DNA of 64,000 nt. Source: the human T2T-CHM13v2.0 reference genome, Homo sapiens. The translations under genes and the position numbers were made by a program. The notes beneath the pieces were generated by a model, which had not been told where the DNA came from, ran no database searches, and saw only the letters and a list, made by a program, of their open reading frames with translations. The DNA lies in assembly GCF_009914755.1 (NCBI RefSeq), contig NC_060931.1. One strand, written 5' to 3'. This document shows positions 58,598 through 64,000 of this stretch, in pieces. Every line of letters begins with the position of its first letter. Positions within the stretch are counted from its first letter, which is position 1.

Positions 58598-58941
58598 AGT
58601 ACATAGTACCATAGTAAACTGAACCTAACTGGATATATAAATAGACTGTAACCCATTCTTGTACCAACTACTGTGTTTATGCCAATAAAAGGACATCAAC
58701 TTTTCGAACTATGTTCAAATAAGACATATCTCAAGCTGTAATCAATCTGGCTGTTTCTGTACCTCACTTTCTTTTTCTGTATGTTACTTTGCTGTTTCTG
58801 TCTATAAATCTTTTTTTACTATGTGGCTGTGTTGAAGTCTGAGCCTACTCTGGGCCCACAGATTGCCTGATTTGCAAATAATACTTTGCTCAATTAAACT
58901 CTGTAAAATTTAATTTCTCTAAAAGCTTTTTTCTTTGAAAC
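58598..58941 (+). mobile_element. MER57-like ERV1 LTR (5'-truncated)
   Basis: ggctgtttctgtacctcactt..tttgctcaattaaactctgt motifs. Confidence 0.8.
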
Positions 58942-59001
58942 GTTTTCAAATTTTTTTCTATGAAAAAAATAAGTAATGTGTTGTTGGACTTTGATTTCTA
59001 A

Positions 59002-59925
<924 letters not shown>

Positions 59926-60169
59926 TGCTTATGCAATTTATTGAGATTATTTCCAATAATAAACAGTACTATTTGGGCACAAATCTAAAAGGAATCTGGC
60001 TTCTATTTTAGAAGTGTTACTCTCCAGGATTTAGAGCCCTAGAGAGTGAGTCTCAGCCCAGTCACTTAATAGCTGTGGGTGTTTGGGCAATTTCTTGATG
60101 TGGAAGAGTTCTATAAGCCACATATATCCAAAAACAAAGCAAAACAAAACAAAAAGCTGAAAAACAGAA

Positions 60170-60647
60170 TGATTCTGATTGCACAAATGGTAGCAATTTT
60201 TTGTTCTCCCTGTTCCATGCTCATTGCCAGGTGCTTTTACAGGTGTTCCCATGGAGATCCAGAATCTGTTTTCCAAACCCCAGATCTGGCTGGCCTTATT
60301 TGTTCGGGGTGGTAGACACCTGTGAACATGACAGTGTGCTAGTTTGAGGCCTAGGCTCAAGTGGTTTTAAATGCTTCTAATTGTTTTTTAGAATGCTGCC
60401 ATCTCCATGAAAAAAGCCCATGTTCGCCAGCTGGAGGATAAGATACAACAGGGAGGAGAAGCAAGGTGCCCCTTGTTGACAATCCCAGAAGCAGAAGCTC
60501 ATGCCCAGAAGCACAGCTGCCTAGTTGACAGGCTCAGCTGAGACCAGAAGAATGGCCCCACCAAGCCCAGCCTAAATGGCTGACCATCGCAATTATGAGC
60601 TAAGAAGTTTTGGATGGTTTGTTATGCTGTAAGAGCTAACTAATACG
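60170..60647 (+). mobile_element. MLT1-like MaLR LTR
   Basis: 3' end gttttggatggtttgttatgctg..agctaactaatac. Confidence 0.65.
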
Positions 60648-61099
60648 TGCACCCAGTGCAGATAGGATGCCAAAAATTAATGGCAAGTTGATTACTAATT
60701 ACGTTCTAACAGTGGGCACCCTAAAAGTGCTGACTTTTTTCCCCTGATTTAAAGTTAGATGTTTTGTAATACTGAGAAATGAATAAATACATGTAGACAT
60801 GTGTGCATGTGATTGGTGCTTATACTCACACATTTCCATAAACCACAGGAGAAAACAGATAACCACAGCCTGACCATTAGGGCCAAGGCCAAATGGCAAA
60901 ATAAGTTTACCTTTAATCTGTTTTCTCTATATTGATACACTGGAGGTCAAGACTGTGGACATATCTGAAGACATAGAGTTTTCTTCTCCTGTGGACCCAT
61001 CATCCTTTGTTTACTGTCTGATCTCTGGAACAAAAATGGAAAACACGTTGGCAGCAGTGGTCTACCTGGGGTTATTTTATTTCTGCTGGCCTCTGTTCT

Positions 61100-61402
<303 letters not shown>

Positions 61403-61536
61403 GCTGCCCTCTGCTCTTTCTATGGTCACTATCTTTTGCACCCTTGGAACGAAAGAGAGATGTTGGTAGGAAGAGGCTCTTCCTTTACCTCTGGCAGAAA
61501 AGGGATTTTCAGGCCGTTTGCCCACCCTGACATCAC

Positions 61537-61815
61537 AGCTGCACTTCAATGTGACAGTTATTGGGTATATGTTGCTTCTGGGTGCTTGGAATGTGGCTGG
61601 TCTGAACTGCGATATGCTAGAAAGTTAGAGTAAAAATTATATATATTTCATTAATAATTACATATTGCTCACATATTAAAATGATAGTATGTTGGATATA
61701 TTGGGTTAATTAAATGGTTACCGTTTATTCCACCTGTTGCTTCTTTCTTCTTAAAATTTGACTACTAGAAAATTTAGTATTCACATGTGGCCCACATTTT
61801 ATTTCAGAGGATTGC
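61537..61815 (-). mobile_element. MER33-like fossil (duplicate of 50992-51287)
   Basis: Reverse complement of the copy in the ZNF680 promoter arm. Confidence 0.72.
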
Positions 61816-62089
61816 CTTCTTTTTAAAATCTCAGGCTGCCTGCTCAAAGGACCAGAAGCCGGGAAGGTAATAAAATCTGGAATTTAAAAATAATTGTTAT
61901 TACATTATCTTCACTTGTGAATAGCCATATAATATATTATTTATAAATGCACATATGATCTTTTACACATGGTTAAATGCAAATGCCCTCTGAGGCAGGC
62001 CTGGCTCAGCTCAGGGAGGAAGCCCTGCCTGAAAAAGCTGCAACTCTATTTTCATTCAGCCCTGCACCTGAGCACGTCTTCTGTCACTC

Positions 62090-62720
62090 AGGGCCTAAAG
62101 GGGTATGGTGTTAAACGTTATCCAATCAGGGACTCTGGGCTGGGATCCATCCAATCAGGCACGCAGCTGGAGTGGACAGGACGGCTTTCGAGATTTGGCG
62201 CGGCCTTTGTCTCTGGCTGCAGTCGTAGCTCCAGGTCTTTTCTTCTCTGTTCTGTGTCTTCTGCTCCTAGAGGCCCAGCTTCTGTGTCCCTGTGACCTGT
62301 AGGTATTGGGAGATCCACAGCTAAGATGCCAGGACCCCCTGGGAAGCCTAGAAAAATGGTGAGTCTGCTGGGTCAGACACCCCGAGAGAGGGGGAGGGGC
62401 TGGTTGGAACCAGTCTGAAGTGGCTGTGGCGGGACTCCGGCCTCCCCGCTGTCGGCTCCAAAATCCTTGGCCAGAGTTGTCCTTGGTACAGCTCGGCCCT
62501 CAGTCCCCTTCAGCCATAAGATGGCGGCTGAGCTGACAGCCAGGACCCCGGGCGTCCTGTCTCCTCCCTGCGCGGTGACTGTGCCATGGCCTGGAGCTCT
62601 CGCTGGGCAGCTCTGCACCGGCATCGCCGCATCTCTCCCCATTGTGCCGGGACCACGGGACGGTAGTCAAGGGAAAATCCTGACTCAGGGTGTGGGGTTC
62701 ATGAATGAGAAGAGCTTTGG
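62090..62720 (+). promoter_or_regulatory. Second KRAB-ZNF-type promoter plus exon 1 (ATG 62326, donor GT 62359) of a divergent gene, pseudogene or lncRNA
   Basis: CCAAT at 62122 and 62151, YY1 aagatggcggc at 62518-62528, exon reads MPGPPGKPRKM|gtgagt. Downstream exons are not in this window. Confidence 0.8.
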
Positions 62721-62743
62721 GCCGTGGTGTTTCCAGTGCCCCC

Positions 62744-62774
<31 letters not shown>

Positions 62775-62796
62775 GATTAAAAATTTATGGGAGTCG

Positions 62797-63464
<668 letters not shown>

Positions 63465-63614
63465 TCAAGAATTGAAGAGCACCCAGCTAGCAGCTATGGT
63501 GTGTAGTTTGTGGTCCATGAAAAACTTTATATATAAAAGTTTATTTATTTTTATTTATAATGAGATTTTACTGCTTTTCTTATATCTCTACATAGTACTT
63601 TCTATAACGATTCC

Positions 63615-63940
63615 TTTTTTTATTTTTTTGTTTTTTTTTTTATACTTTAAGTTCTAGGGTACATGTGCACAACGTGTAGCTTTGTTACATATGTATACAT
63701 GTGCCATGTTGGTGTGCTGCACCCGTTACCTTGTCATTTACATTAGGTGTATCTCCTAATGCTATCCCTCTCTCCTCCCCCGACCCCACGACAGGCCCCG
63801 GTGTGTGATGTTCCCCACCCTGTGTCCAAGTGTTCTCATTGTTCAATTCCCACCTATGAGTGAGAACATGCGGTGTTTGGTTTTCTGTCCTTGAGATAGT
63901 TTGCTCAGAATGGTGGTTTCCAGCTTCATCCATGTCCCTA
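63615..63940 (-). mobile_element. 5'-truncated young L1PA 3' end (L1PA4/5-like)
   Basis: ttatactttaagttctagggtacatgtgcacaacgtg... to catccatgtccct. Confidence 0.93.
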
Positions 63941-64000
63941 AAACTTTAAATATAAAAGAAAAACTTTATATATAAAGTGCATGATGGAGAAACCCAAATT

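Overview
Human-type (primate) genomic DNA from a ZNF91-subfamily KRAB zinc-finger cluster. The main gene is a complete minus-strand KRAB-C2H2 gene that I recognise as ZNF680. It has four coding exons (50441-50470, 31802-31928, 31203-31298, 8680-10019), totalling 1593 nt = 530 aa with 12 intact fingers, plus a candidate FLAM/Alu-derived alternative last exon (13915-14033) giving a 123-aa KRAB-only product. Upstream lie a full-length, intronless IGLON5 retrocopy (55360-58107, minus strand, one frameshift) and an inverted, head-to-head paralogous copy of the ZNF promoter/exon 1 (about 60960 to the window end). The first 3.8 kb is the 3' part of an ERV1 provirus with extreme plus-strand GA depletion, typical of APOBEC3 (5'-TC) hypermutation. 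The rest is dense retroelement sequence: more than 45 Alu/FLAM copies, two L1PB elements, older L1M, an SVA, several LTRs, and an L1PA fragment with an apparent 3' transduction. There are no prokaryotic-type features. I see no firm evidence of a wholly new system. The best leads are the hypermutated ERV, the IGLON5 retrocopy that could encode a secreted two-Ig protein, the KRAB-only exon, the (TG)15-T5 acceptor and the frame-compensated second exon 1. Repeat subfamily names are from memory of consensus sequences, and repeat boundaries are approximate.
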